Assembly: GCF_000011805.1 (NCBI RefSeq) | Contig: NC_006841.2 | Strand: one strand, 5' to 3' | Length of the DNA stretch: 32,000 nucleotides | Source: Aliivibrio fischeri ES114 | GTDB taxonomy: Bacteria > Pseudomonadota > Gammaproteobacteria > Enterobacterales > Vibrionaceae | Shown: piece after piece, positions 1 to 9,539 of the stretch | Position numbering within the stretch: the first letter of the stretch is position 1 | Layout of the letters: every line of letters starts with the position of its first letter | Notes under the pieces: model-generated | Databases searched by the model: none | Seen by the model: only the letters and a program-made list of their open reading frames with translations | Told to the model about the DNA's origin: nothing | Position numbers and translations under genes: made by a program

Positions 1-120
1 AAATAATTTCTATAGAATAATTTTATTATTAGGCATTTTTATTTATTTGTTTGGTGTAAATGCCTTGGGGTGTCAGTGCTTAAAAGCTTATAATGACTAA
101 ATAAAGGGTTGGTTCAACAC

Positions 121-1011
121 ATGAAGTATCTTTTTGAACAAATTTTAAAAAAATATAGAGAGAAGAGCGGCGTTACTCAAGAGATTATGGTTGACTTATT
201 GAGTCACAATTCTTCGAAGTTAAAAAAATTAGATAACGTAACATTTAGTCGCTGGGAAAGAGGGATCACTATTCCTCCGTTCAAAAAACAAATTGAGATA
301 TATCAGTTATTAGGTGTCGATCCTATAGATGAAATCATTGATTCAAATATAGAATTACCAAAAGTGGATAATGAGAATTATTTCGCTATTGATTACTATA
401 CCTATGGTAATAGTGATTTTGTTACGCATGTATTAAATCGAAATACGTTATCCGGTTTAGATTCTGTTCTTGAAGAAATGGAATTAATAATTGATAGTGA
501 TTATTATTTTAAGCAGTTAATAAAAGCCACTGGAAAAAATAGTATAAAAAAATCAATAGAGTCATTAATGACAAAACTAAATGCTGAGATTATTGTTTGT
601 AAGTATAAATCTCGATTAATTGCACATTCGATTACGCTTTATGTATCATCAGATTTTTTAAAAGATTTAATGTGTAATGAAATAGATTATACAAAAATAA
701 AAAATTACGCATCAAATAACCCATTAATAATATCATTCTATGCATCAACTAATGATAGCCTTAAATATATACTAGGCCGAATTTTGACAAATTTTTTAGA
801 TATACCAAATATAGATTCAAAATTGTATTTTATTTCAGGTGAAAAAAATATACATAAGTTATTTGTTAAATTAAATTCTAAAATTAAATTTAATGAATTT
901 ATCGATGATAAAAACTATAAGTTATCTGAAGTAACTAAGTTAAATATTAATCACTCAAAAGATGCATTACATTTTCTTGTTGATTTTAGAAGAATGGAAT
1001 ATGAAAAGTAA
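121..1011 (+). CDS. XRE-family HTH transcriptional regulator with uncharacterised C-terminal domain (~296 aa)
   Basis: ORF track gives TTG start at 109; ATG at 121 is an alternative. N-terminal HTH pattern 'SGVTQEIMVDLLSH...VTFSRWERGITIPPFKKQIEIYQLLGV' is typical of HTH_3/XRE. C-terminal ~200 aa has no family I can name with confidence. Confidence 0.75.
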   Translation: MKYLFEQILKKYREKSGVTQEIMVDLLSHNSSKLKKLDNVTFSRWERGITIPPFKKQIEIYQLLGVDPIDEIIDSNIELPKVDNENYFAIDYYTYGNSDFVTHVLNRNTLSGLDSVLEEMELIIDSDYYFKQLIKATGKNSIKKSIESLMTKLNAEIIVCKYKSRLIAHSITLYVSSDFLKDLMCNEIDYTKIKNYASNNPLIISFYASTNDSLKYILGRILTNFLDIPNIDSKLYFISGEKNIHKLFVKLNSKIKFNEFIDDKNYKLSEVTKLNINHSKDALHFLVDFRRMEYEK

Positions 1012-2149
1012 AATAAATATAATATTAGTAGATGATATTGATTTTTCAAGGAAAGTAGTTTCATTTATTATAAAGAAGAATTTTCATGATCAAGTAAATA
1101 TCATAGAAGCAAAAAGTTGTAATGATGTGGTAAATATTTTAAATAAAAAGAATATAATACACGGAATTATAACAGATATAATGATGCCTAATGGAGATGG
1201 CTTAGATCTAATAAAAGTATTATCTGAGAATAATTACCACATACCAGTAGCTATTGTTTCATCAGTAAAAGCGACTATTTTGGAAAAAGTAATGGACCTT
1301 GCTGAAGTCAGTGGGGTTACTATTGTTAATTCTTACAATAAACCCATTTCAGCTGAAGAAGTCATTTCTACCATTGATTTTTTTAATGTGAATAGAATTG
1401 AAGATCGAAAGATGTTGTTTGAAGATGTAAAGCAAAATGATCTTGTTGAATTATATTATCAACCAATCGTTAATTTCGGCTCTCATCGAATTGATGGTGT
1501 TCAGGTTTCTCCTCATTGGAAAAATCAAAAGGCAAGTGCTGTTGCCGAAAGTGTGTTTCTACCAGACATTAATGATATGAAAAATACTGCTGGGTTTATG
1601 AATTTGATGTTCACCCTGCTTGAGCGTGATATCAAGAGTAAGTTTTCTGATTATCGTCATACCTTTCGTATAAATGTGAAGGATATTTTAATATGCGATG
1701 ATGATTTTATTAATCATGTTTTTGATAAAATTGAAAAGGAAACGAAGGATAAGATCATTGTGGTTGTTGAGTTTTCAGAAGATGTTGTGTTACTTGATAA
1801 ATTAACAGAAAATCTGGAAAAATTACTCTCAGATGGAGTTCGCATATCAATTGAATTGGTTGACAATGATATGCAGTACAAACTATTAGAACAAGGAATT
1901 GCTCTTTCTAATATTTGTTTTGAATATAAGAAAAATGTATTTGATGATATCGAGAGGTTTAAAGAACTGCATGGTAAAGATATTCCTATCATTATAGGTA
2001 ACATTCAAAAAGTAAATCAGCAACAAGCATCATTAGATTATGGCTTTGAATGTTTACAAGGTGATTTCATCACGTCGGAAATGAAAAACGATAAATTAGT
2101 TAAATGGATTAACGCTTATGAATCAGAAACTGAAAACCTTCAATGTTAA
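1001..2149 (+). CDS. Response regulator: intact receiver domain fused to degenerate EAL-like domain
   Basis: ORF 962..2149; likely start ATG 1001 (MKSKINIILVDDIDFSR). Receiver: IILVDD, GIITDIMMPNGDGL, AIVSS, NKPIS. EAL-like: 'ELYYQPIVNF...', 'IELVDND' in place of DDFG, 'YGFECLQGDFIT' at the C-terminal motif. Confidence 0.85.
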   Translation: MKSKINIILVDDIDFSRKVVSFIIKKNFHDQVNIIEAKSCNDVVNILNKKNIIHGIITDIMMPNGDGLDLIKVLSENNYHIPVAIVSSVKATILEKVMDLAEVSGVTIVNSYNKPISAEEVISTIDFFNVNRIEDRKMLFEDVKQNDLVELYYQPIVNFGSHRIDGVQVSPHWKNQKASAVAESVFLPDINDMKNTAGFMNLMFTLLERDIKSKFSDYRHTFRINVKDILICDDDFINHVFDKIEKETKDKIIVVVEFSEDVVLLDKLTENLEKLLSDGVRISIELVDNDMQYKLLEQGIALSNICFEYKKNVFDDIERFKELHGKDIPIIIGNIQKVNQQQASLDYGFECLQGDFITSEMKNDKLVKWINAYESETENLQC

Positions 2150-2438
2150 AGATTTTGAAAATGGAACTTCAACATCTCACTCCAGTAAAGAAGCATATTA
2201 TTTTAAAAGAATGATAGTTGAAGGAATAGAGAAAGAACTTAAGGAAATTGAAACTGATGGTGTCCAAGATACGATTCACGCGATAAAAGGCATATCGAGT
2301 TATGCTGGGTTAAATAGAATGCATGAAGTCTGTATGAGACTTGAACATTATCATCAAGTAATGAGATTCAAATTAGTTAAAGAGATATTGCATCGGGAGT
2401 ATCAAACCGTTGTAAATGATGAACAATTTTTAGCCTAA
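2118..2438 (+). CDS. Stand-alone histidine phosphotransfer (HPt) protein
   Basis: 106 aa with 'DTIHAIKGISSYAGLNRMHEVCMRLE', matching the HPt phosphohistidine motif HxxKGxSxxxG. Overlaps the upstream gene by 32 nt. Confidence 0.85.
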   Translation: MNQKLKTFNVKDFENGTSTSHSSKEAYYFKRMIVEGIEKELKEIETDGVQDTIHAIKGISSYAGLNRMHEVCMRLEHYHQVMRFKLVKEILHREYQTVVNDEQFLA

Positions 2439-2441
2439 AAT

Positions 2442-2470
2442 AAAAAGCATAGTTTCGACTATGCTTTTTT
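2442..2470 (+). terminator. Rho-independent terminator after HPt gene
   Basis: Perfect stem AAAAAGCATAGT-TTCG-ACTATGCTTTTT followed by T-run; TTCG tetraloop. Confidence 0.92.
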
Positions 2471-2788
2471 TTGTTTCTAAAGAAAGACTAATTACATTTA
2501 AATATAGATCTTGATCCAGTAATTACAACACAAACATGATACTAACACTTTAGTGTTATATATTTATAATTATTATGCTTGATAATAGTGATTAGTAATA
2601 CACTTCTAATAATTTAGCATTTTGTTTTATTTTTATAATGTACATGCCTTGTTAGTTTTTTGTACCAACATTTATTATTTCGTCTCTTTCTTAATACACA
2701 AAATCATTTTTGATTATGTATGTTAATTTTAATAAGTCAGTATATAAACTCAATGAGTTTAACATTAGAGATAATAAGGTAAAAAACA

Positions 2789-3007
2789 ATGTTAATTAAG
2801 TTTTTCGAATTTTCTAAGAACGCAATCCGAAGCTTTAAAAATGATGAGCGTGGCGTTACAGCTATTGAATATGCAATTATCGGTGTAGCTATTTCTGCTA
2901 TTATCTTATTGATGTTTAATGGAACACTTCAACAAGCCTTAATTGATGCAATTGGTACAATTTCAGCTAACATTACATCTGCCAATGACACTGGCGGTGG
3001 TGCTTAA
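2789..3007 (+). CDS. flp: Flp/Fap major pilin subunit
   Basis: 72 aa; prepilin motif 'DERG|VTAIEYAIIGVAISAIIL', characteristic Flp G/xxxxEY. Confidence 0.95.
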   Translation: MLIKFFEFSKNAIRSFKNDERGVTAIEYAIIGVAISAIILLMFNGTLQQALIDAIGTISANITSANDTGGGA

Positions 3008-3016
3008 AATAATTTA

Positions 3017-3451
3017 ATGAGTAATAATTCAATTATATGGTGGACATTTTTGTTCACCATATCGTGTATTATATGCTACCAAGATATAACTAGACGAACT
3101 ATATCAAATCGAATGTGCCTTATAGTTCTTATTATTTGCATTTTCCTTGTTATAAAAAACGGCAATTACTCTTCACTATATTATTCAGTAATAATATTTC
3201 TCGGAGGGTTTATACTTTTTATAAAAAAAGTTATAGCGGCAGGGGATGTGAAGCTTATATCTTCTTTCTTTATTGCAATTAACCAAAATTATCAGTTATT
3301 GACTTTCACTATTATTCTCTTGGCTGGTGGGGTTATATCTATAGTCCTATTGATTCATAAGATAATTAATAAAGAAAATACAACAATGACAGTTCCTTAT
3401 GGAGTTCCTATCTGTATTGGGTGCTTATTTGGTATTGCAGCATCACTTTAA
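3017..3451 (+). CDS. tadV: Flp prepilin peptidase (TadV/CpaA, A24 family)
   Basis: Polytopic small protein with 'CYQDITRRTISN' and 'AAGDVKLISS' (A24 aspartate motifs); position after flp. Confidence 0.92.
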   Translation: MSNNSIIWWTFLFTISCIICYQDITRRTISNRMCLIVLIICIFLVIKNGNYSSLYYSVIIFLGGFILFIKKVIAAGDVKLISSFFIAINQNYQLLTFTIILLAGGVISIVLLIHKIINKENTTMTVPYGVPICIGCLFGIAASL

Positions 3452-3459
3452 GGTAATTT

Positions 3460-4245
3460 ATGAAAGCTAAAATAATCGTTGTGTTAGCAATGATTACTAT
3501 TTTGTTTGGGCTATATGGTCTAGCAGGTAGTTTATCTATGTTTGCTCCTCAAAATATAATAAAACCAAAAGAAGAAAATAAAATAAAAGTTTGGCAATTA
3601 AAAGAAAATGTAAACGCTAGAGATGAAATTAATCGACGCTTAGTCTCTCTTGTTCTTCTTCCTGAATCAGAGGCTAATAAACTGAGTTTTTCAGAAGACG
3701 TGCCAATTAACTGGAATAGAGGAACGATTTATAGACACGATCTTAAAAAGGGTGATTACATTTCAATGGAGGATTTTATCACCCCAGAAGAAGATAACTA
3801 TATTGAATATGTAATTGCACCAAATCGAGTTCCATTCCCATTACCTATTGATTCACCCGATATTATTGGAGGTGTAATCGGTAATGGTAGTTTTGTTGAT
3901 GTATTAGCTCTTACCAAAAGTGATGAAAACCGTAATTCAAATCGCGCAACGAAAAAAACACTATCGATTACGCCAATTTTTACAAGTATTAAAGTATTGC
4001 AAGTAAAACGAACCGTTATTCCTGAGACTCGTATAGAGCCAGCGAAAGAAGGCATAGTACTTATTCTTGAACTTACTCGTAGTCAAGCTGTTGAACTTAT
4101 CGTTGCAAAAGAAGCAGCAAAAATTGAAGTTCATAAATCAATTGGTAATTACAGTATCGAAGATTTAAAAGCAAATGCTGGTGACGTACTAGATGATTTT
4201 AGAGCGGTGACAGAATATCGCGCAAATAAAGTTACTATTAAATAG
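3460..4245 (+). CDS. rcpC: Flp pilus assembly protein RcpC/CpaB
   Basis: N-terminal TM, SAF-like region with 'PFPLPIDSPDIIGGVIGNGSFVDVLAL' and 'SITPIFTSIKVLQV'; syntenic position. Confidence 0.9.
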   Translation: MKAKIIVVLAMITILFGLYGLAGSLSMFAPQNIIKPKEENKIKVWQLKENVNARDEINRRLVSLVLLPESEANKLSFSEDVPINWNRGTIYRHDLKKGDYISMEDFITPEEDNYIEYVIAPNRVPFPLPIDSPDIIGGVIGNGSFVDVLALTKSDENRNSNRATKKTLSITPIFTSIKVLQVKRTVIPETRIEPAKEGIVLILELTRSQAVELIVAKEAAKIEVHKSIGNYSIEDLKANAGDVLDDFRAVTEYRANKVTIK

Positions 4246-4255
4246 AGTAAATAAA

Positions 4256-5578
4256 ATGTGGAATAATTATTATCGAGCACTGTTGGTATTAGTTTTATTA
4301 CCTATATCATTTGTTAGTTTAGCGGGCAATATTATTAATATGTCAGAAGGTGATTCGCAAGTCATCTTAGCCAATAAGGACGTTGGTTCTGTATTTGTAT
4401 CTGATCCAAAAATCGCAGATTACCAAGTAATAGAAAAGAAAAAAGTTATTGTTTATGGGAAAAAAATAGGGCAAAGCTCTGTGATGGTTTTTGATAGAAA
4501 TGGCCATACCCTTGCAAATAAAAAGCTCATCGTAAATAAAAGTCTTGATTCTATAAAACAGTATATATCAGTTAAATACCCAGATGTTGATGTTGACGTT
4601 TTTAATATAGGTGAGCAAGTTGTACTCAGTGGAACGGTTTCAACCGAACAAGAGAAAGATGAAATAAACAATATTGTTGGGCAGCTGCTTGATAAAGATG
4701 ATGAAAAATTCACTTTTGAGCAAGACATGGAAGACCAAGATTATGAAATTCAGTTCATGGAAAGAACGGATTACAAAGGGATTGTAAATAATATCGAGGT
4801 AGCTACAACAAAACAAGTGAATGTAAAAATCTCAATTGCTGAAGTATCACAGTCATTCTTACAAGATATTGGTATTCAATATGGTACAGATGCGGCAGGT
4901 GTATTTATTCAACCACTTACTCACTTTAGTTCATCAGACATTATGTCCGTTATTACTGCTATTGGTAGCGATACGGTAGGGCAAATATTAGCAGAGCCAA
5001 ACCTATCGGTAGTTTCTGGAGAAAGTGCAAGCTTTTTAGTTGGTGGTGAATTGCCGGTTGTAACAACCGTAAATAACAGCACCAATGTGATGTACAAAGA
5101 ATATGGTGTGAGACTCGAGTTAATGGCCAAGGTTAAGAAAGATGACAAGATCACGCTTTCACTGGTTCCTGAAGTTAGTTCATTAGATATCCAATATGAA
5201 AATGATTCATATGATTTACCAGCTCTAAAAACTCGTCGTGCACGTACAACCGTTGAACTTGGCGATGGGCAAAGTTTTGTTTTAGGTGGATTATTGAGCT
5301 CTGAAGATAAAGAAAGCCTTCAAAAAATTCCTTTCATTGGAGATATCCCAATTTTAGGTGCTTTATTTAGAGGTTCATCGACTAAGAGAAATAAAACTGA
5401 GTTACTTATTGTAGCAACGGTAAATTTAGTTAAGCCAATTCATTCTTCGCAAATACAACTGCCAATGATGAGAAAGACAACCACATTAAATCGCTTTTTT
5501 GCATTAGAAGATTCATATGTAACAGCCGGTGATAAATGGGCTAAAGAGTTATTAGCTATTGGAGGATTTAAAAAATGA
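4256..5578 (+). CDS. rcpA: Tad secretin RcpA/CpaC
   Basis: 440 aa; BON/N domain, secretin core 'GELPVVTT...VRLELMAKVKKDDKITLSLVPEVSSLD...LPALKTRRARTTVELGDGQSFVLGGLL'. Confidence 0.95.
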   Translation: MWNNYYRALLVLVLLPISFVSLAGNIINMSEGDSQVILANKDVGSVFVSDPKIADYQVIEKKKVIVYGKKIGQSSVMVFDRNGHTLANKKLIVNKSLDSIKQYISVKYPDVDVDVFNIGEQVVLSGTVSTEQEKDEINNIVGQLLDKDDEKFTFEQDMEDQDYEIQFMERTDYKGIVNNIEVATTKQVNVKISIAEVSQSFLQDIGIQYGTDAAGVFIQPLTHFSSSDIMSVITAIGSDTVGQILAEPNLSVVSGESASFLVGGELPVVTTVNNSTNVMYKEYGVRLELMAKVKKDDKITLSLVPEVSSLDIQYENDSYDLPALKTRRARTTVELGDGQSFVLGGLLSSEDKESLQKIPFIGDIPILGALFRGSSTKRNKTELLIVATVNLVKPIHSSQIQLPMMRKTTTLNRFFALEDSYVTAGDKWAKELLAIGGFKK

Positions 5579-6111
5579 TCAATTGGAAAGGAATGTTATT
5601 TCTCCCATTAGTATTAATGACTGGTTGTGTTGAAAAAGTAAATGAACGTTTTGGCCCGGAAATAGATGTGTTTCCTGTAACGTATTCAGTATCTTTATCT
5701 AACACTCGTGAGTCAAAAATGTCGCTATCTACTTTTATCAGCGATCATAAAAAAGAACTTATTAACTATGGCGCAAATGTTCAGTGGGTGAGCCAATCAG
5801 GAAATCGTTGGGCGAATGAAATAAAAAAACAATTAATTAAAGAAGGCGTAAATAAAGATTTAATTATTATTTCTCAGGGTGAAAAAGGTGATGTGTATTT
5901 CGATATTAAATTTTCTATCGTTGTGCATAAAACACAAGTATCTAGCTGCCAATATGCTGAACTTGGGGCTATTAACACAGTAGCAACGGGGTGTTTTATT
6001 GAAAATGCGCGTTGGTCATCAATGGTTAATCCACAGAAAATGTTAATAACACCATCAGTAGATCAAGAGCATAAAGAAGCTGAAGCAACAGCACCTGGAA
6101 AGGAGGAATAA
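5575..6111 (+). CDS. Tad-locus outer-membrane lipoprotein (RcpB/CpaD-like)
   Basis: Lipobox 'LVLMTGC'; ATGA overlap with rcpA; position between rcpA and tadZ. Confidence 0.7.
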   Translation: MINWKGMLFLPLVLMTGCVEKVNERFGPEIDVFPVTYSVSLSNTRESKMSLSTFISDHKKELINYGANVQWVSQSGNRWANEIKKQLIKEGVNKDLIIISQGEKGDVYFDIKFSIVVHKTQVSSCQYAELGAINTVATGCFIENARWSSMVNPQKMLITPSVDQEHKEAEATAPGKEE

Positions 6112-6112
6112 T

Positions 6113-7330
6113 ATGTTTGATTTATCAAACTCAATGAATCTGCCTGTGAATAAAAAGCAAAACTTAGAACTTGTTCTTTTTCACCAAACAGATGAATACC
6201 GACAGTTAATAGAAGAAGTTTTCCGTTTTGAAGGGGTATCAGAGCCTCTTGTACTAGATAATACCGACGAAGTCGTTGCACAGCACGCTAGAAAGTACCC
6301 AAATCATATCATTATGATTGAACTTAATAATAGCCATCATGTAGTGAATGATATTGAGCGTATTAGCCATCTTTTACCTAATAATGCGCCAGTCATCGTG
6401 TTAGGAAAAGAGAATTCAATATCTGTTATCCGTGCATTAAAAGACATGGGCTATTACTATTTATTTTGTCCTGCTACTAAGACTGAACTCTTTGATTTTG
6501 TAAGTGAAATCAATGAGAAAAACATGAAAAAAGAGTTAGGTAGTACGACAAGAAAAGCGAAGAAAATTGCTGTTCTAGGCGCTAAAGGTGGAGTTGGAAC
6601 TTCGTTTATTGCAGCAGAGCTAAGTAAAGAATTATCTGGTAGTCGTAATAGTTCGTGTGTTGTTGTTGATCATAATATTCGAGGCGGTAACTTAGATATT
6701 ATGCTTGGCATGAAACACTTTAAAAGACGAAAGCTAACCCAAGGTATGCTTCTTTCTAATTTGGATGTTGATTACGCTACCAATATGGTAACTAAGTTGA
6801 ATGATATGCTTTCATTACTCTCAATTGAATCTGACAATTTTTCAATTGAAGAAATGAAAGAATATATCAGTGTATTGACGTCACAACTTGCGCTTCAAGC
6901 TAATTTTATTATTGAAGATCTTTCTGGTTCGGCAAGCGAGAAACTCAGTTATCTAACTAAATCAGCTGATGTTGATGCTGTCGTTCTTGTTGCGGATCAA
7001 ACGGTATCGAGTTTACGAGAAGCTGCTTTAGTTGTTAATACAATTAAAGAAAAGAACCTTCCAATCCGCGTAATTGTGGTTGTTAATCATACTAAACCTG
7101 AAAAGTACTCAACAATAGAGTCACAAGAAGTAGAAAAATATATTAATAAGAATATAGATGTGATTTGTCCATTTGAACCTAAGTTAGGTACGTATTTATT
7201 ACATAGAGACAGTATTTATACAAAAGATATAGAAATTGCTCAAAGTTTAAATCGTATTACTGCTTTATTGCTTGGTGAAGAAGAAATCAAGAAATCAAGC
7301 TTGCTTAAGCGTTTAATTAAAAGGTTATAG
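6113..7330 (+). CDS. tadZ: Tad ATPase-like localisation protein TadZ/CpaE
   Basis: N-terminal receiver-like domain followed by MinD/ParA-like 'IAVLGAKGGVGTSFIAAELSKEL'; syntenic position. Confidence 0.92.
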   Translation: MFDLSNSMNLPVNKKQNLELVLFHQTDEYRQLIEEVFRFEGVSEPLVLDNTDEVVAQHARKYPNHIIMIELNNSHHVVNDIERISHLLPNNAPVIVLGKENSISVIRALKDMGYYYLFCPATKTELFDFVSEINEKNMKKELGSTTRKAKKIAVLGAKGGVGTSFIAAELSKELSGSRNSSCVVVDHNIRGGNLDIMLGMKHFKRRKLTQGMLLSNLDVDYATNMVTKLNDMLSLLSIESDNFSIEEMKEYISVLTSQLALQANFIIEDLSGSASEKLSYLTKSADVDAVVLVADQTVSSLREAALVVNTIKEKNLPIRVIVVVNHTKPEKYSTIESQEVEKYINKNIDVICPFEPKLGTYLLHRDSIYTKDIEIAQSLNRITALLLGEEEIKKSSLLKRLIKRL

Positions 7331-7332
7331 AT

Positions 7333-8619
7333 ATGGACCAAAATAAATCAATTTATATCGAAATTCGAGCTCAAATTTTTGATGTATTAGATGCAGAAAC
7401 GGTTAATTCATTAAGTAAAGAGCAGCTACATAATCAACTGAGTAATGCGATAGACCTGTTAATTGAACGCCATGAATGGCCAGTAAGTACAATTGTGCGA
7501 GCTGAATACGTAACAAGTCTAGTAAATGAATTACAAGGTCTTGGGCCTCTTCAGGTATTAATGGAAGATGAATCTATTAGTGACATTATGATTAATGGGT
7601 ACGACAAGATTTTTATCGAACGAGCAGGTTTAGTTGAAGTCGCACCGGTTAGCTTCATTGATGAAGAACAACTACTACATATAGCTAAGCGTGTTGCTTC
7701 TCAAGTTGGACGACGTGTTGATGATTCATCACCAACTTGTGATGCGCGGTTAGCTGACGGTAGTCGTGTAAATATTGTTATTCCACCAATTGCTATTGAT
7801 GGAACCTCTATGTCTATACGTAAATTTAAAAAAGACAGCATAGGCTTAGAGAAATTAACTGAATTTGGTGCGTTGAGTCAAGAAATGGCTCAGTTATTAA
7901 TGATTGCATCTCGTTGTCGTTTGAATATTTTAATATCAGGTGGTACGGGTTCTGGTAAGACAACAATGCTGAATGCGCTATCGCAATATATTTCAGAAAA
8001 AGAGCGTATCGTAACGATAGAAGATGCTGCTGAACTGAAATTACTTCAACCGCATGTAGTGAGATTAGAAACTCGAAATTCAGGGATTGAAGGTAACGGG
8101 GCAATTACTCAGCAAGACCTTGTTATTAATGCCTTACGTATGCGTCCTGACCGAATAATTGTTGGTGAGTGTCGTGGCGGTGAAGCTTTTCAAATGCTTC
8201 AAGCAATGAATACTGGCCATGATGGTTCAATGTCAACGCTCCATGCGAATACACCTCGTGATGCAATGGCTCGTGTAGAGGCAATGGTGATGATGGCAAG
8301 TAACAACTTACCACTAGAAGCGATTCGTCGAACCATAGTTAGTGCTGTTGATATCGTAATTCAAATCAGCCGCTTACATGATGGAAGTCGTAAAGTCATG
8401 AGCATCACTGAGGTGATTGGTCTTGAAGGTAATAACGTTGTATTGGAAGAACTCTACAAATTTGAATCAACAGGCCAGAACACTCCAGAAGGAAAAATTA
8501 TCGGTAATTATTCTACCACTGGTTTAATGCAACGATCGGTATTAGTTGAAAAAGCTCGATTCTTTGGGTTAGAGCAGCAACTGAAAGCGGTATTTAATAA
8601 GTTTGATGAGGCGATATGA
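7333..8619 (+). CDS. tadA: Tad secretion ATPase TadA/CpaF
   Basis: Walker A 'ISGGTGSGKTTMLNAL', 'IVTIEDAAELKL', 'VGECRGGEAFQMLQAMNTGHDGSMSTLHANTPRDAMARVE'. Confidence 0.97.
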   Translation: MDQNKSIYIEIRAQIFDVLDAETVNSLSKEQLHNQLSNAIDLLIERHEWPVSTIVRAEYVTSLVNELQGLGPLQVLMEDESISDIMINGYDKIFIERAGLVEVAPVSFIDEEQLLHIAKRVASQVGRRVDDSSPTCDARLADGSRVNIVIPPIAIDGTSMSIRKFKKDSIGLEKLTEFGALSQEMAQLLMIASRCRLNILISGGTGSGKTTMLNALSQYISEKERIVTIEDAAELKLLQPHVVRLETRNSGIEGNGAITQQDLVINALRMRPDRIIVGECRGGEAFQMLQAMNTGHDGSMSTLHANTPRDAMARVEAMVMMASNNLPLEAIRRTIVSAVDIVIQISRLHDGSRKVMSITEVIGLEGNNVVLEELYKFESTGQNTPEGKIIGNYSTTGLMQRSVLVEKARFFGLEQQLKAVFNKFDEAI

Positions 8620-9539
8620 TTTATTTTATTGCATTAGCTATCGGCATTTTGCTTATTTTATACTTATTAATGCCTCAAAGTAAAAAACATCATGAGTATC
8701 TAAAAAAAAGTAATTTTTCAAGTTCTGATTTATCAAATGATGAAGACAAACAGGCAGTAAAATTAGAATCATTGTCTGATGAAACATTAAAGCAAAAATT
8801 ACTTCGCTTTTTTAATAATACGTATCAGCAAGTGGACTCTCTAGCAAATATTAAAATACCTTTATATTGCGCATTTTTAGTGGTTCTTGGGATATATATA
8901 AATAAGAGTTTTCTTCAAGCTAACCCTTTAATGATCGTTGCTATTACAGAAATTAGCGGCTTAATTTTTGGCGTTATGTGGTTAAGAAAACGAGAAAAGA
9001 ACCGATTTGAAGAGTCTTTTCCTGATGCATTAAACATGATGTCTAGTGCGGTGAGTGCTGGTGAAGGAATTATGCAGGCCGTGGTGTTTGTTGGCCGCTC
9101 GTTAGATGGGAAAGTAGGGAAAGAATTCAAAAGAATGGGAGAGCAGCTACAATTAGGAGAGTCTCCTGATACTGTTTTTCGAAAGTCTTGTGAACGATTT
9201 CCATATCCATCATTTCAATTTTTTATTATTACTTTACGAACCAGTATGCAGCGAGGTGGACAACTAAAAGAGGTAATGAAGCGCTTAAATAGATTGATGT
9301 TTGGTGCAAGAGCGATTGAAAAGAAAAAACTGGCGTTAACTTCTGAGGCTAGAGCATCAGCAAAAATAGTCGCAGCAATTCCGTTTATTTTCTTGTTTAT
9401 GTTGCAATACCTTAGTCCTGAAAACTATGAATTTGTGATGTTTAATCCTGCGGGAAGACCAATATTATATTATGTGTTAATCAGTGAAAGTATTGGGATA
9501 CTCATTATATGGTTATTGATGAGAGGAGTTCGTTCATAA
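8616..9539 (+). CDS. tadB: Tad inner-membrane protein TadB
   Basis: T2SF-like domain 'FPDALNMMSSAVSAGEGIMQAVVFVG'; ATGA overlap with tadA. Confidence 0.93.
   Translation: MIYFIALAIGILLILYLLMPQSKKHHEYLKKSNFSSSDLSNDEDKQAVKLESLSDETLKQKLLRFFNNTYQQVDSLANIKIPLYCAFLVVLGIYINKSFLQANPLMIVAITEISGLIFGVMWLRKREKNRFEESFPDALNMMSSAVSAGEGIMQAVVFVGRSLDGKVGKEFKRMGEQLQLGESPDTVFRKSCERFPYPSFQFFIITLRTSMQRGGQLKEVMKRLNRLMFGARAIEKKKLALTSEARASAKIVAAIPFIFLFMLQYLSPENYEFVMFNPAGRPILYYVLISESIGILIIWLLMRGVRS

Noticed and set aside
1714-2004. Antisense ORF on minus strand within the REC/EAL-like gene
   Set aside because: Shadow ORF fully inside a well-supported CDS. The same applies to 3798-4055, 4453-4728, 4921-5154, 6063-6281, 7826-8104, 8126-8314, 8915-9130, 9505-9747, 11940-12155, 12454-12693, 12644-12856, 12742-13029, 14660-14848, 15430-15714, 19593-19826, 21161-21352, 21734-21979, 27144-27344, 28476-28661, 28771-29004 and 30106-30315.
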